Below the pieces are notes generated by a model. That model did not search any database. It was not told the DNA's origin and worked only from the letters and a program-made list of their open reading frames with translations. Positions 40,491 to 50,927 of a stretch of 64,000 nt of DNA are shown here, piece by piece. The stretch is taken from the IMG/VR virus record IMGVR_UViG_3300027505_000001, positions 5,381-69,380 of that record; one strand, written 5' to 3'. The DNA comes from a virus. Position 1 is the stretch's first letter. Each line of letters begins with the position of its first letter. The position numbers and the translations under genes were made by a program.

Positions 40491-41983
40491 TTACCTATAA
40501 GTGTTCGAATTCTATTTGCAACTTTAATTGTACGTTCCGGTATATTTGGTACACTGAATTTATAGCCGCCGAGAGCGCCACGCACCTGTACGCTACCCTT
40601 CGACATAAGCGCCCTAAGTATTGTAACGCCGCTTACCGCGGCAGCCATATGGGTTGCCGTTGCCGTTTTAGCGGACAGTGGGAGCTTTCCAGTTACTGCC
40701 GCTCTGCCCTTTACCTGTATTCCACCTAACGCTAGCAGCGCCTGCAGTGCGCCGCCAAAGCTCGCCTGCGATGCACCTTTGGCCTGAATTGCCGTCTTAG
40801 CTAGCAAAGGAGCGTTGCCGACAATCGCCGCCTTACCACGCACCTGTGCCGCGCCGCTCCCCAACAACGCTAGGAGTGCTGCACCTAGACTAGTCTGCGC
40901 TGCTGCTCTAGCTTGCGTTGCCGTCTTACCAAGAATAGGTACTTTACCAGCTATAGAAGCCAATCCTTTGATTTGCGCCGCGCCAGACCCGAGAAGCGCC
41001 ATTAACGCTGCGCCAAGATTAGTCTGCGCCGCGCCTTTTACTTTTGTTGTAGTCTTTGCTATAAGCGGAAGAGTTCCAGTAGTGTAAGCCACACCTTTAA
41101 GTTGAACTTCACTTGCGCCTACTACAGGTACTTTGCCTGTTATATTTATAAATCCAGCAGCGCTAGCTTTACTGTACCCTAATAATGATAATAGATTAGA
41201 CGATGAGACGCCGACGAATTGACTAAATCCGTTAGGAATAGATAGCGAAGGATGCCAGAACGCCCACGGATTATAACACCACTGTAATGCTTGAGTAGGT
41301 GACAGAGACTGATACGACCACATAGCGCGTGCTATGCCGAACGCAACTCTTGTATTGGTTCCGCTATCGTTACCAATAAGTATTGAACCAGAAGTAGTAG
41401 TAGGGATGCCTACTCCGGCTGTTGTCGTTTTCGTAAAGGCACCGGTTTGTAGATTAACAGTATAGATATATGCGCTTGATGAGGAGTTACTACCAAATAT
41501 AACGAAATATGGAACACCTGCGGATATTACACCGGCCGCACTCGTTAGAGAGCTTTGACTTATAAGTTCTATAATACCTGTAGTTGAAACTAAACAGCGC
41601 ACTCCACTACTGGCAGTGGTAGTATTGCAAATAATTCCGTTTATGGCGGCAAGTGAAGAAAGCTGAAAAATGGCGGCGGCGGTGAAAAATCGATTTGCGT
41701 TGGCCCCAGCCGGGTCGGCGAAACTGGTATAAGTAGCGACGCTTGATGACTTTGTTATCGACGGCCCAACGCCACTAGCTGCGATATTAAATGGACCAGT
41801 AGAAATCGTACCAGGTTGTCCGGTCCATAGGTTTGTTAGATTTGCGCTTCCTAGACAAGCGACTGAGATGAACGCCGGATTACCGCTTATTGCTGGATGC
41901 GTGAGGTCTACGCCGGCGCCAACACCGGCCGGATATGCATATGGATTGCGTAAAGATTGAAGAATGCGCTGAGCGTAAGCCAT
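40484..41983 (-). CDS. Tail/fibre protein with lectin-like N-terminus and about 43-aa Ala/Gly-rich repeats
   Basis: 499 aa; repeats of KTxxxxxGAAQTxLGAALxALLGSGAAQxxGxAxIxGKxP. Confidence 0.6.
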   Translation of the reverse strand: MAYAQRILQSLRNPYAYPAGVGAGVDLTHPAISGNPAFISVACLGSANLTNLWTGQPGTISTGPFNIAASGVGPSITKSSSVATYTSFADPAGANANRFFTAAAIFQLSSLAAINGIICNTTTASSGVRCLVSTTGIIELISQSSLTSAAGVISAGVPYFVIFGSNSSSSAYIYTVNLQTGAFTKTTTAGVGIPTTTSGSILIGNDSGTNTRVAFGIARAMWSYQSLSPTQALQWCYNPWAFWHPSLSIPNGFSQFVGVSSSNLLSLLGYSKASAAGFINITGKVPVVGASEVQLKGVAYTTGTLPLIAKTTTKVKGAAQTNLGAALMALLGSGAAQIKGLASIAGKVPILGKTATQARAAAQTSLGAALLALLGSGAAQVRGKAAIVGNAPLLAKTAIQAKGASQASFGGALQALLALGGIQVKGRAAVTGKLPLSAKTATATHMAAAVSGVTILRALMSKGSVQVRGALGGYKFSVPNIPERTIKVANRIRTLIGKW

Positions 41984-41984
41984 A

Positions 41985-42482
41985 TTAGTATTGGTTCGCT
42001 ACAGACCCGATTAATACTTGGCAACCGGACGGTAGCGTTGTTCCGGTATTGTTTTGAAACAGTAGCTTTGTTTTCATCCACGGATAGATGAACGGCGCGG
42101 CGCACCATTTGATAGCGTTAGTTGGAGTTCCGAAAGCGGTACCGTTCTCGTAACACGGTATAATGAAGTCCGGAGACCGCCCCAGTGCTGGAACAGTCGT
42201 GCTCGCCGTAGCGATGGTAGTTTCAAAATTAGTTCCATCTGGGGAGTTTAGCCACCAAAATGCTATGTTTCCGCCAGCAAGACTTGGTGTGAACGTCGTC
42301 GTCCAAGTAAAGTACGCTAGGCAAATCTGTCCACTACCGATACTCGATTGAGTCCACGGACCGGCCACTGACGAAGTTGCGGCAATGCCGGACGCAACAG
42401 ATAATTCGGTAGTCAAAAAGGCTACCGGTGACGTAAGCCACCCATTAGAGCCGCCGGAATACTCAAGAAAATTAGTAGCCAT
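41985..42482 (-). CDS. Virion structural protein
   Basis: 165 aa within the tail operon. Confidence 0.6.
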   Translation of the reverse strand: MATNFLEYSGGSNGWLTSPVAFLTTELSVASGIAATSSVAGPWTQSSIGSGQICLAYFTWTTTFTPSLAGGNIAFWWLNSPDGTNFETTIATASTTVPALGRSPDFIIPCYENGTAFGTPTNAIKWCAAPFIYPWMKTKLLFQNNTGTTLPSGCQVLIGSVANQY

Positions 42483-42483
42483 T

Positions 42484-42957
42484 TTAAGTTAGATTCCCTG
42501 CAGCAACTAAATCTGCTTGTGAAACTGGACTACTCAATCCGCCGCCACCATTGACAACCGACGTCTGCCACCAAGGAACAACTTGAGAGTTGGCGAGCGC
42601 GGTAAGCGCTGTCACAGTCGGGCCGGCATGATTTGTGAAATACGCCAGTATCATACCAGTAACTAAGAAGGATGCGTTCCCGCTTCCTCCTAATAGCGGG
42701 CCTTGTACGGCGCAAAGGTCGAGTAAGTTTGCCTGGTCGTTGACAGATAGCGCGTTGAATTCAGCCCAATTTATGCAATTAAGGATTTGAGAGCCGGTAG
42801 TATAGAACGCTGTCGGAATAGTTCCAGTAACAGTCCAGCCGTTAATAGCGACAAGCTTATTGGCGGTGGTGAGCCCGGTAAGCCCTGTACCAACGACACC
42901 AGTGGGCGGCTGCGTGGCGCCGTTCCACGCAGCCGTTAATGCGGTATAATAAGCCAT
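42484..42957 (-). CDS. Virion structural protein
   Basis: 157 aa within the tail operon. Confidence 0.6.
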   Translation of the reverse strand: MAYYTALTAAWNGATQPPTGVVGTGLTGLTTANKLVAINGWTVTGTIPTAFYTTGSQILNCINWAEFNALSVNDQANLLDLCAVQGPLLGGSGNASFLVTGMILAYFTNHAGPTVTALTALANSQVVPWWQTSVVNGGGGLSSPVSQADLVAAGNLT

Positions 42958-42960
42958 TTG

Positions 42961-43854
42961 TTACGCGGACGTGATAGTAAGCGCACCCGATGCGAAGGAT
43001 GCCGTTACATTCGCCGCAATAGCCTGTTGCGTTACAGCGCGCACCATGCCGTTGCCGGTGGCCGAAGTGTTGACAGCGGTAACATTGAAGGTGTCTGTAG
43101 TGGCACCGGCTACAGTCTGAATGCTTCCAATAAACGTACCAGATGAGAACGTAGGCGCCGTGCCGCCGAGTTCATTCGACCAAACGAAGAAGCCACCGTT
43201 GCTGTACCCATGCGCATGGGCGGTAATGACACCAGGCGATGCGGAAGATACCGTAGCAGGAAACCATGCATTGTTGCCAAGGTAGTCCCATACGAGAAGA
43301 TTGCCGGACGTAACTGCGTCGCGCAATTCCCAAGCTACAACGGTGCCAAAGCCGGCGCCGGTTGCCTGCGCAAAAGGAATAGACGCGCCAGTGGTTATAC
43401 CTGAAGGTGCCGAGCCTGACGATTGACTAAACGCCGAGAACACAATGCTGTCGGTAGAGCCCGACGAAGCATGGGCAGCCGCAGCCACCAACGTGACAGT
43501 AGTGCTAGATACAGACGATACGGTGCCGATTTGCTGCGAATTGGTAGCGTCATAGACGTTACAGCCGCTGCCGTTGGTGCCGAGCGCCAGAAGCCATGCA
43601 GGCGCTGTAGACGCGAGCGTAAGCGTGGTACTAGCCGTGGTGAACGAAGCGCTCAGCGCCAACGCGCCGGCCACCTGAGCGCGTGCGTACGCGGTGCCGG
43701 ACGTAGAAACTTCCGTGCCGCCAGTGCCGGCATCGGTATCAACTGCAGTCATAAGCGCAAGCCAAACGCCAGTCAGAGTCTGTCCGCTTGGCGGCTGCAG
43801 CGTGTTTAAAATGTTAAGCCAAGCAAGTGCAGTGTAATTCGACATACCAGACAT
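42961..43854 (-). CDS. Tail-fibre-associated protein
   Basis: MSNYTALAWLN...VWLALMTA...GGTEVSTSGTAYARAQV...GTVVAWELRDAVTSGNLL, a common phage tail protein pattern. Confidence 0.7.
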   Translation of the reverse strand: MSGMSNYTALAWLNILNTLQPPSGQTLTGVWLALMTAVDTDAGTGGTEVSTSGTAYARAQVAGALALSASFTTASTTLTLASTAPAWLLALGTNGSGCNVYDATNSQQIGTVSSVSSTTVTLVAAAAHASSGSTDSIVFSAFSQSSGSAPSGITTGASIPFAQATGAGFGTVVAWELRDAVTSGNLLVWDYLGNNAWFPATVSSASPGVITAHAHGYSNGGFFVWSNELGGTAPTFSSGTFIGSIQTVAGATTDTFNVTAVNTSATGNGMVRAVTQQAIAANVTASFASGALTITSA

Positions 43855-43869
43855 GAAAAATTAAATCCT

Positions 43870-44766
43870 TTACGTAAATGTGTACCAAGAAATCGTAAGC
43901 TTGCCGATAACACCATTGAAACCGTTGGCACCGCTACTGCTTGTGATGCCAATTCCTGGCTCGCCGGTCGCTATAGTAGCGAGCGTAATTGGATTGATAG
44001 TTAGACCGGCAACACCTGCAACCCACCCAGAACCACCAATACCGTTCCCTCCGGTGCCGCCAAGAATATTAGTGTCACCGCCTGAAGCGTTTCCACCAAC
44101 ACCACCTGCGCCGCCGGAGCCGTTGAACGCGACGCCAAGGGTGCCAGCACTTCCGTTCGCCGTTAACGTCGGCATCGATTGCGTGCCACCGACTAGCGTG
44201 CTATTCGTTCCGGCGGTAGCGTTTCCGCTACTAACTCCGACGACGCCGGCCGCGCCTGCCGCGCCAACTGTAAAAATCAGTGTGTTACCAGGCGTGCAGA
44301 ATAATTGCTTTAACACCGCGCCAGGTCCACCAGACCCGCCGCTGGCGTTTTCTCCGGCACTCGCCCCTGTTCCGCCGCTACCACCATACATCGTAATTTG
44401 AGCTAGGTATGCAGTAGCAGGAATTGTTATCGTTTGAGACGTAGTGTAATTGACGGTCGAAAGAAGCGTAGCCGGAAGCGTCGATGGTGGTGCAGAATAA
44501 TACGGTAGTATCAGCAACTCGTTATTTCCGGAAAGATTTATAGGATTCCCTTGCGATGTTGAATGTAGTATTACTATTCTCAGCAGAGTAGTACCATTCC
44601 ATAAACCGTACCCTTCTTCCGTATTCGCGCCGTCAATTATGTTGTACGGTAGCGGCCCCGGCGTGACACCACTCCAATCGGAGCGGCCGAACATGCCTGT
44701 TCCGATAGCCGGAACTATGGTAGATGTACCTGTCGATGTAGAAGTACAAGCAACGGTAATAGTCAT
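43870..44766 (-). CDS. Glycine-rich tail fibre protein
   Basis: GGSGGTG..., FTVGAAGAAG glycine-rich domain. Confidence 0.7.
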   Translation of the reverse strand: MTITVACTSTSTGTSTIVPAIGTGMFGRSDWSGVTPGPLPYNIIDGANTEEGYGLWNGTTLLRIVILHSTSQGNPINLSGNNELLILPYYSAPPSTLPATLLSTVNYTTSQTITIPATAYLAQITMYGGSGGTGASAGENASGGSGGPGAVLKQLFCTPGNTLIFTVGAAGAAGVVGVSSGNATAGTNSTLVGGTQSMPTLTANGSAGTLGVAFNGSGGAGGVGGNASGGDTNILGGTGGNGIGGSGWVAGVAGLTINPITLATIATGEPGIGITSSSGANGFNGVIGKLTISWYTFT

Positions 44767-45062
44767 GCAAACTTAGCGTCAACTTGTGCGTTTGTGGTTA
44801 TTGTGCCGGCGGCTATCGCGGCTATAGTGTCGTTCAACACTTTATTAATTGACTGGTTGTGCAAGTCCTTTGCGCGCGTTATAAGACTCATGGTAGCTGC
44901 AGGATTATGGGCGGCTAAAATCTTATTAAATGCTGCCTGCTTGTCGGTAGTAAGTTTTTCAAGTCCGAATATGTTACCGTCAGAGCCCCAAGAAACAGGA
45001 ATTCCACCAAGTCCGGCTGCTATTAGCTCATCGCCAAACGTAAGTCCAATTACCTTTGCCAT
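44763..45062 (-). CDS. Tail fibre assembly-like protein
   Basis: 99 aa directly after a fibre gene. Confidence 0.5.
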   Translation of the reverse strand: MAKVIGLTFGDELIAAGLGGIPVSWGSDGNIFGLEKLTTDKQAAFNKILAAHNPAATMSLITRAKDLHNQSINKVLNDTIAAIAAGTITTNAQVDAKFA

Positions 45063-45066
45063 TACA

Positions 45067-46827
45067 TTAACCTTTAATTACGCATTGCATGGTAGGAATA
45101 CTTACAGTCCAGCCGCCACCGTTATACCAAAATACTAATGTAGTCGTATTAACCGACGTTGACCCCATTACTGTGGCATAATGTGCAACACCTTCAGATA
45201 GACCACTTTTACATCCTGACAAGCAACCGTTTCCATAAACGGTTGTGCCGGTGCCGGCACCAGTAAAGGCCGCTTCAGGCTCAGGTGCATTACCGTCGAA
45301 ACTAATTCCGCAGCTACCAACGTTTGCGGCGCCTGTTACGAAGATGGCAGCTCCGAAATAGAATAGAACGTCGTCATTTGCCCAGCAAATGAAGTTGCTT
45401 CTAATCTCTGAATTTACTTCAGTAGAAGTCTGAACATTGATACTTCTTTGTGCAGAAAACTGCGATTGGCTTCGCTTTTCACGTCGATTAAACCAAGACA
45501 GCACATAACGGCCGCCGTCAACGTCACTCCAAGCGGGGCCAGTCACGCAATACGCGGCACCGACAAGCGTCTTGGTGGCGTCGCCAGCCATCGTTTCAAC
45601 ACCGGTGGACGAGTTGGTACTGTGTGTAGTAGTAGAAGCCACAAGCGCCACGGCGGAGCCGGTCCAAGTGGCGTAAATATAATAGAAGGTGTTTGGAGTT
45701 AGTCCGGTAGCCGCTAGAGTGGAGCCAGCACTTTGAATAGCCTGTTGCACACCATTGATTATTAGCGCGTCGCCGTCTTTTGGTAAAAGCTGCAGATTAC
45801 CGCCAGTAAGCTGAAGGTAGCACTGCCCGTGCGCTGCGATAGTCGGTGAAACAGTACCACCAGTTGGCGCGGCCGAGGCCCAAGCAAGCTGGAACTTAGT
45901 TCCGTCGTGGATTGCGCAAAACACGGTACCGGTAGTAATTTCATTAGCGGCAAGTGCCGAGCCGTCGTGGTGCTGTAAAGCCACGGCGCCAAGCAGCGTT
46001 CCGTTCGCACCCATTACGTTGACCGTAGACGCGCCAGGGGAAGGATTTGCTGCTTTGATTATGACTTCGAGACCAGCCGCGTACGCAGAAGGTGCCGGTG
46101 TTATAGACGTAACAAACGCTCCGGATGTTCCAGTGTCGTTGTTGTAAGTCCACTTATTGAATTGAACACCGGCAGGGACGTTGGGCAGCGTTACCGGAAT
46201 GAACGGCGCGGTACCTATAATCGATATATTACCGGACGTGATTGTGCTTTGGCCGTTGGCGACTGTTACGGTATAGATACCAACATAGCCGGCATCGGCG
46301 CTAGGCGCTACTTGCGTTCCGGTCGCCGCGGCTATGCCTGCCTTAGCTTGATAGACAACGGTACCTAGGCGCGTAGTGTTGTTAGAAAATCCACTACCGC
46401 CAGGCCCTTGGAATGGGCTGCTGGGGGTGGCAGAATTGTAGTACGGTAGAACAACTGAGCCGGTATCAGAATCTGCGTATCCAACTTCAATCAGATATAC
46501 TTGACTAAATCCACCAGTGCTAGGAGGATTAATTCCGATTGTTACCGGTGCGTGTAGAATTCCCTGCTTTAAAATAGTTTCAGAATTAGGCTGAAGATTT
46601 GACCATTGCGTTGCTTCGAGATTTTCTGCTTGGTATATTTCCCCCATACCGAGAACGATGGCAAGCGAAGCCGGCGTTGTAGGCGTGACGGTAAAATTGT
46701 TTACGATATTTGTCATGCCAAGCACCCCATAAGAGAGCTTGGCTAGCGCTGTCATAGCGTATTGTTGTGCGAATAACAGGTCTGAGTTTAGAGGAACTGC
46801 ACCGAAATAAGTGGTAAGTCTATCCAT
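45067..46827 (-). CDS. Baseplate-attached tail fibre protein
   Basis: MDRLTTYFGAVPLNSDLLFAQ... N-terminus; 586 aa, downstream of the baseplate wedge genes. Confidence 0.7.
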   Translation of the reverse strand: MDRLTTYFGAVPLNSDLLFAQQYAMTALAKLSYGVLGMTNIVNNFTVTPTTPASLAIVLGMGEIYQAENLEATQWSNLQPNSETILKQGILHAPVTIGINPPSTGGFSQVYLIEVGYADSDTGSVVLPYYNSATPSSPFQGPGGSGFSNNTTRLGTVVYQAKAGIAAATGTQVAPSADAGYVGIYTVTVANGQSTITSGNISIIGTAPFIPVTLPNVPAGVQFNKWTYNNDTGTSGAFVTSITPAPSAYAAGLEVIIKAANPSPGASTVNVMGANGTLLGAVALQHHDGSALAANEITTGTVFCAIHDGTKFQLAWASAAPTGGTVSPTIAAHGQCYLQLTGGNLQLLPKDGDALIINGVQQAIQSAGSTLAATGLTPNTFYYIYATWTGSAVALVASTTTHSTNSSTGVETMAGDATKTLVGAAYCVTGPAWSDVDGGRYVLSWFNRREKRSQSQFSAQRSINVQTSTEVNSEIRSNFICWANDDVLFYFGAAIFVTGAANVGSCGISFDGNAPEPEAAFTGAGTGTTVYGNGCLSGCKSGLSEGVAHYATVMGSTSVNTTTLVFWYNGGGWTVSIPTMQCVIKG

Positions 46828-46848
46828 TTAATATGACTCCGGCGCCTA

Positions 46849-48429
46849 TTACGACGCATCTTCCTCAAGTTCAATTTCATAATCAATAACGCCGCCGCTT
46901 GGAACAGCTGATGCACCGCCGTTGATGGCGATAAAGTCAGAAGCACCGCGTAGTATCCACGCCTTATCTTGATTTGTGCTTAGACTCCACGTTAGCGGAG
47001 CAGGTGCAACGGCGCTCGTCGGAAGGAAAAGACGACCTTGTCCAAGATTGTTTGCTGCCGTACCAACACTGGTCGGATTGACTGAATAAATAGATGGCAC
47101 TACAGTGGCTGAAACGTCGTTTATGTCGTGCAGCGCTGCGCTAATAGTTGCTTTCGTACCACCAGTATTCGCAGTCGAGCGTCTAATAACGGTAATCGGC
47201 ATTGTGCCTGCAGTACCGGCGGTGCCGCCAAATACAATTCGTTTAACGCGTCCTGTTTTAGTTGCACTGCCTTGAATTACAATCATGTCTGTTGGAGTCG
47301 CCGCTGGCGTGAACGTACCGGCGTAGCGATACGTAGGCTTCGTGCCATCTGACGACACAGACACGGCGCCAACGCTACCAGGTGCCATGCGCGCCATGTA
47401 CATAAGGCCGGAAACGGGGTCAGTGAGCGCAACACCGTCTAGGCCAATGCCGAATGGCAACATGGCATTGTTTGTTGGCCCGGCAACGGCGAAACTGTCG
47501 TACGACAACTTCGTGTAGACCGTGCTATTTACCTGTGCTGACGCCAAGGGAACCGTATTAGAACCTGGCACGTACGATAAATCAACATTGACTACTTCGA
47601 AACCGCTGGAGGGATACAGCGAAGTATACAGTAAAACCTTCGCACCAGGTTGCAGTCCTGTGTTTGCCGCCAAAACAAGCGAAGTTGCTCCGGATGTACT
47701 TCCTGACGAAATCGTCTGTGTCGTTAAGCCTTTACCGTTTATATTTCGTGCGCGGTCATAATTGCCGCCACTAGGGTCACCGCCATTATATTCATATTCT
47801 GCCGCAACTGCAGTACCGGCGCCTGACGCGCCATCGTTTTCGCCTGCGGCGTCGCGTGTTTGATTGTAGGTAAATCCTGTAACGCTAAACGGTGTAACGC
47901 TGCCATTATGCGCGTTCAGTGTTACAGACGTAAACGTAACTACCTTGGTTGAAACAGCTACCGACGCAACGGTGAGTATCTCTTGCGTTCCGCCTGTTCC
48001 GATTGAAAGTTTGGAGCCTTGCTGAATTGTCCATGGAACGTTGCCAACTGTTCCCGTTACGCTAGAAAGCGTCATGTTTAAGACGCCGGAAGCCAAGTTT
48101 TGACTGCAGGTAGCCTTGAACTGCATGGCGGTGTTGTCGGCGCCAGTCACAACACCGAGCGACGATACGTTGTCCTGCCCGGCTTCGCGCTGTGGATTTA
48201 TGAGCCCAGACACGGCGTCTTGAAGCACTGAAACGCCGGTAGTGAAACTAGAATTCGCCCCACCTGGAATCGCGGTTTGATTGCCGTTATGAAGCTGCGA
48301 TACCGTCATCTTAGCGCCGCTAGTCGGATCGGTAATGCACTGTGATCCGACGATACCGCCATCGGCAGGATTAACAGTAGTGCTCGCCGCGGTAGGAACG
48401 CCGCTACCGCTTATCATTTGAAATGTCAT
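46849..48429 (-). CDS. Virion structural protein
   Basis: 526 aa, Thr/Gly/Ser-rich beta protein. Confidence 0.6.
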   Translation of the reverse strand: MTFQMISGSGVPTAASTTVNPADGGIVGSQCITDPTSGAKMTVSQLHNGNQTAIPGGANSSFTTGVSVLQDAVSGLINPQREAGQDNVSSLGVVTGADNTAMQFKATCSQNLASGVLNMTLSSVTGTVGNVPWTIQQGSKLSIGTGGTQEILTVASVAVSTKVVTFTSVTLNAHNGSVTPFSVTGFTYNQTRDAAGENDGASGAGTAVAAEYEYNGGDPSGGNYDRARNINGKGLTTQTISSGSTSGATSLVLAANTGLQPGAKVLLYTSLYPSSGFEVVNVDLSYVPGSNTVPLASAQVNSTVYTKLSYDSFAVAGPTNNAMLPFGIGLDGVALTDPVSGLMYMARMAPGSVGAVSVSSDGTKPTYRYAGTFTPAATPTDMIVIQGSATKTGRVKRIVFGGTAGTAGTMPITVIRRSTANTGGTKATISAALHDINDVSATVVPSIYSVNPTSVGTAANNLGQGRLFLPTSAVAPAPLTWSLSTNQDKAWILRGASDFIAINGGASAVPSGGVIDYEIELEEDAS

Positions 48430-49277
48430 ATAAATCCTAATATGAAATATTGTGAGTTAAAGGCGTTCTGGAAATTAGCACTCACGGGCTGCGCCGGAGT
48501 TCCACCTAAAATGTCTACCCACGCCGTTGTTCCGGCACTTATAGTTTGTGCGACGGTAGCGTAAATTTCTGCGTCAGGTATCGCCGAAACGTCGGAAGCA
48601 AGCTCTTCATAGCAGCCGGTACCAAAGCCACCACCACCTATATACCCAGAATTAGGAGGCGCCCCATATCCCCAAGCAGTAGCGATACCGTAACCGGCGA
48701 CATTAGGAATGCCGGAATTTGCGGGTCTAAAAGCCTGTACGAATACCTGATTATTATAAGAAAGCGAACCATAGCCGCCGGAGCCGTACCCGCCGCAAAT
48801 GGCAGCGCCCGCTAACGGTGGTGCGTTTACTAGGTAATGAAGACCACCGATTACAGTAGGCGTTCCTGTCGTATAAGCGCCGTACCCGCCGTAATCTTGT
48901 GGACTCCAGGGCTCGACGATTGTCGCAACTTGTCCAGTAAGGTCTTCAAGCGCAATAACGACTGCAGCACGCGTCTGCTTGGGGCGCAAGATTTCTTGCA
49001 GGATACGTGGCTGCCAAGAAGAGTCAAGCTCGTTCGGACGCCGCGTGAAGCGGCCGCCGAAGTAGTCCCAAGCAAAAAGGTCAAGCCATCCACCGGTGGC
49101 TGTGGTGAAACGTGTTTGAAGCTTTGCGAATTGGTAATATGAGTAGCAAAAGCTGTAGCTATCGCCGATTGCCGTGAGTATTGAATTTAAAACCGGACGC
49201 TCTGATAAGTCACCGAACCATGGCGCCAGCGTATGCTTTATTCGGTATGTGTTGTTTGTGGTGTCGCCGATTGCCAT
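48426..49277 (-). CDS. Baseplate wedge protein (gp48/YmfQ-like)
   Basis: TTATGGWLDLFAWDYFG...RRPNELD...TRAAVVIALEDLTG; follows baseplate J. Confidence 0.7.
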   Translation of the reverse strand: MAIGDTTNNTYRIKHTLAPWFGDLSERPVLNSILTAIGDSYSFCYSYYQFAKLQTRFTTATGGWLDLFAWDYFGGRFTRRPNELDSSWQPRILQEILRPKQTRAAVVIALEDLTGQVATIVEPWSPQDYGGYGAYTTGTPTVIGGLHYLVNAPPLAGAAICGGYGSGGYGSLSYNNQVFVQAFRPANSGIPNVAGYGIATAWGYGAPPNSGYIGGGGFGTGCYEELASDVSAIPDAEIYATVAQTISAGTTAWVDILGGTPAQPVSANFQNAFNSQYFILGFI

Positions 49278-50458
49278 TAAGTCACGCTAATAGACGATAT
49301 TTTTATCGTTTGACCTGCGGCTGGTATCAAATCAGTCTGAAATGTGTTAAGAGTGTAGTTGGTAACATCAGTAACACCAGGTGATGCGTTGAACGCCACT
49401 TGCGCGATTTGCATGTATGAAAGCGTGTTACCTAGTCCTAGACCATTAACGAATGAAGCAATGGCTGCTTCTACTTGCGCCACGACTGTCGGGTGATAAT
49501 AGCCTGGCGCCGTTGCGATATCCATTACGATAGCCGCCGGCAAGATAGTCGCCGCGTAGACGCCTAGGCGGTCACCCGCCGACCTAACAATCATGCACTC
49601 GTTGGTAATAGAAGTCAACGTGGCTGATGGTATGGCGCCTGAACCGTCGTCCACATACATGGTAATCATGCCGTAGTCAGTCTGTAAATTAGTGTCCTGA
49701 CTAAGCAAGAATTGAACTTGTATTCCTTGTTGAACTGATTGGGCGGCAAAAGTAAGAGCTCCTACCGTGCCGGCTCGGAGCGAATTGATAAAGGCAACGA
49801 AATAAGGTCCGATCGCAGAGTCGGGTTGCGCCAAGAAGCCGTTAGTGAAAGGTGCAGCGTTAAAAACAGTATCGACGCCAGAAATACCAGTTTGAAGAAT
49901 AGTGATACCGTTCGCTTGGACATTACCAACTGTTCCTGTATATGTGCCAGCGACATAATTTGCCGGAAATATAAAGCTTACCGGTACGTTTAGTGTTGCT
50001 ACTGCCGCAGGTATAGTGTAGCCGGCGACACCGACCCCGCCGGCGTTAACGGAATATGCTGAATTAGTCGTATCGGCGTACACCTGATAGGTAGCGGTGC
50101 CGTCTGCCGACTGCACGAGCGTCCCAATCAAGACAACGGCTGCATTCGTCGGTGTAGCGCGGCCGAACGTAACGAGCCCGGTGGCGCCTTGAGCCGGTAG
50201 GCGCTTTAGACCGAATTGAGCAATCCATGTGTCCTTATCGGGACCGACTGACGTAGTAAGGTAGACTGTCGTTAAAAGCTTTAGGATGAGCCCTTGCAAC
50301 CACAGCGCTACAGAAGCCTGCGCTTCGGCGATGGCGCGCAGCACGGCGCCCTTGGTAAACGAAAGAATAGTGCCAGGACGCACCGTGGCAATCGACGATT
50401 GGCAAACGGCCGCCCACTCTTGTATGAGTCCACTAAAATTCTTGGTGGCGAGCTGCAT
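49277..50458 (-). CDS. Baseplate J/gp47-like protein
   Basis: KGAVLRAIAEA, RLPAQGATGLVTFGR, GVDTVFNAAPFTNG, LGNTLSYMQI. Confidence 0.9.
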   Translation of the reverse strand: MQLATKNFSGLIQEWAAVCQSSIATVRPGTILSFTKGAVLRAIAEAQASVALWLQGLILKLLTTVYLTTSVGPDKDTWIAQFGLKRLPAQGATGLVTFGRATPTNAAVVLIGTLVQSADGTATYQVYADTTNSAYSVNAGGVGVAGYTIPAAVATLNVPVSFIFPANYVAGTYTGTVGNVQANGITILQTGISGVDTVFNAAPFTNGFLAQPDSAIGPYFVAFINSLRAGTVGALTFAAQSVQQGIQVQFLLSQDTNLQTDYGMITMYVDDGSGAIPSATLTSITNECMIVRSAGDRLGVYAATILPAAIVMDIATAPGYYHPTVVAQVEAAIASFVNGLGLGNTLSYMQIAQVAFNASPGVTDVTNYTLNTFQTDLIPAAGQTIKISSISVT

Positions 50459-50464
50459 TAGGAC

Positions 50465-50493
50465 TTGACACCTTCAATGATACGTGGCATATT
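50465..50493 (+). promoter_or_regulatory. Antisense promoter TTGACA-N17-CATATT with operator ATGATACGTGGCAT
   Basis: Exact spacing, inside the leftward baseplate operon. Confidence 0.8.
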
Positions 50494-50500
50494 TCGAACG

Positions 50501-50561
50501 AAATAAGACTGAAGCTTCAAGAGTGGTGACACCTTACTGGCGGCCTGCTTCAGTTTTATTT
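50501..50561 (+). ncRNA. Solo guide unit (variant core TGACACCT, 12-nt right arm)
   Basis: AAATAAGACTGAAGC-TTCAAGAGTGG-TGACACCT-TACTGGCGGCCT-GCTTCAGTTTTATTT; starts at the predicted +1. Confidence 0.78.
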
Positions 50562-50927
50562 TCAACTATCTAAATTAAAACCTACCGTCACTAACTGGTC
50601 TACGGTCGAATCGACGTAACGAATGTTGGCGTTTATACCGTTTGAAATCGGTGTCACGACAACTTGCGGTAACGGCGACTGTGCAACACATGACTCAAGT
50701 GTCATTTGCGATACGATAAGAGCGCCGATAGCGTCGCTATCGGCTACGCTACCGACGTATTTCGGAAGTCCGGCGCCGTAATCTAGATTCCAGATATAGC
50801 TACCAGGATTAGTGAGAAGCCGGCGAATAACGCGCTGCTCACCTTCAATAGTGCCTGAAACGGTGAGTAAGTCACCGTCAGGTAAAATCGTAAGGTCCTC
50901 TTGCCACCATGTAAATAAGTCGGCCAT
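50562..50927 (-). CDS. Baseplate wedge protein (gp25/gp46-like)
   Basis: DGDLLTVSGTIEGEQRVIRRLLTNPGSYIWNLDYGAGL. Confidence 0.8.
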   Translation of the reverse strand: MADLFTWWQEDLTILPDGDLLTVSGTIEGEQRVIRRLLTNPGSYIWNLDYGAGLPKYVGSVADSDAIGALIVSQMTLESCVAQSPLPQVVVTPISNGINANIRYVDSTVDQLVTVGFNLDS

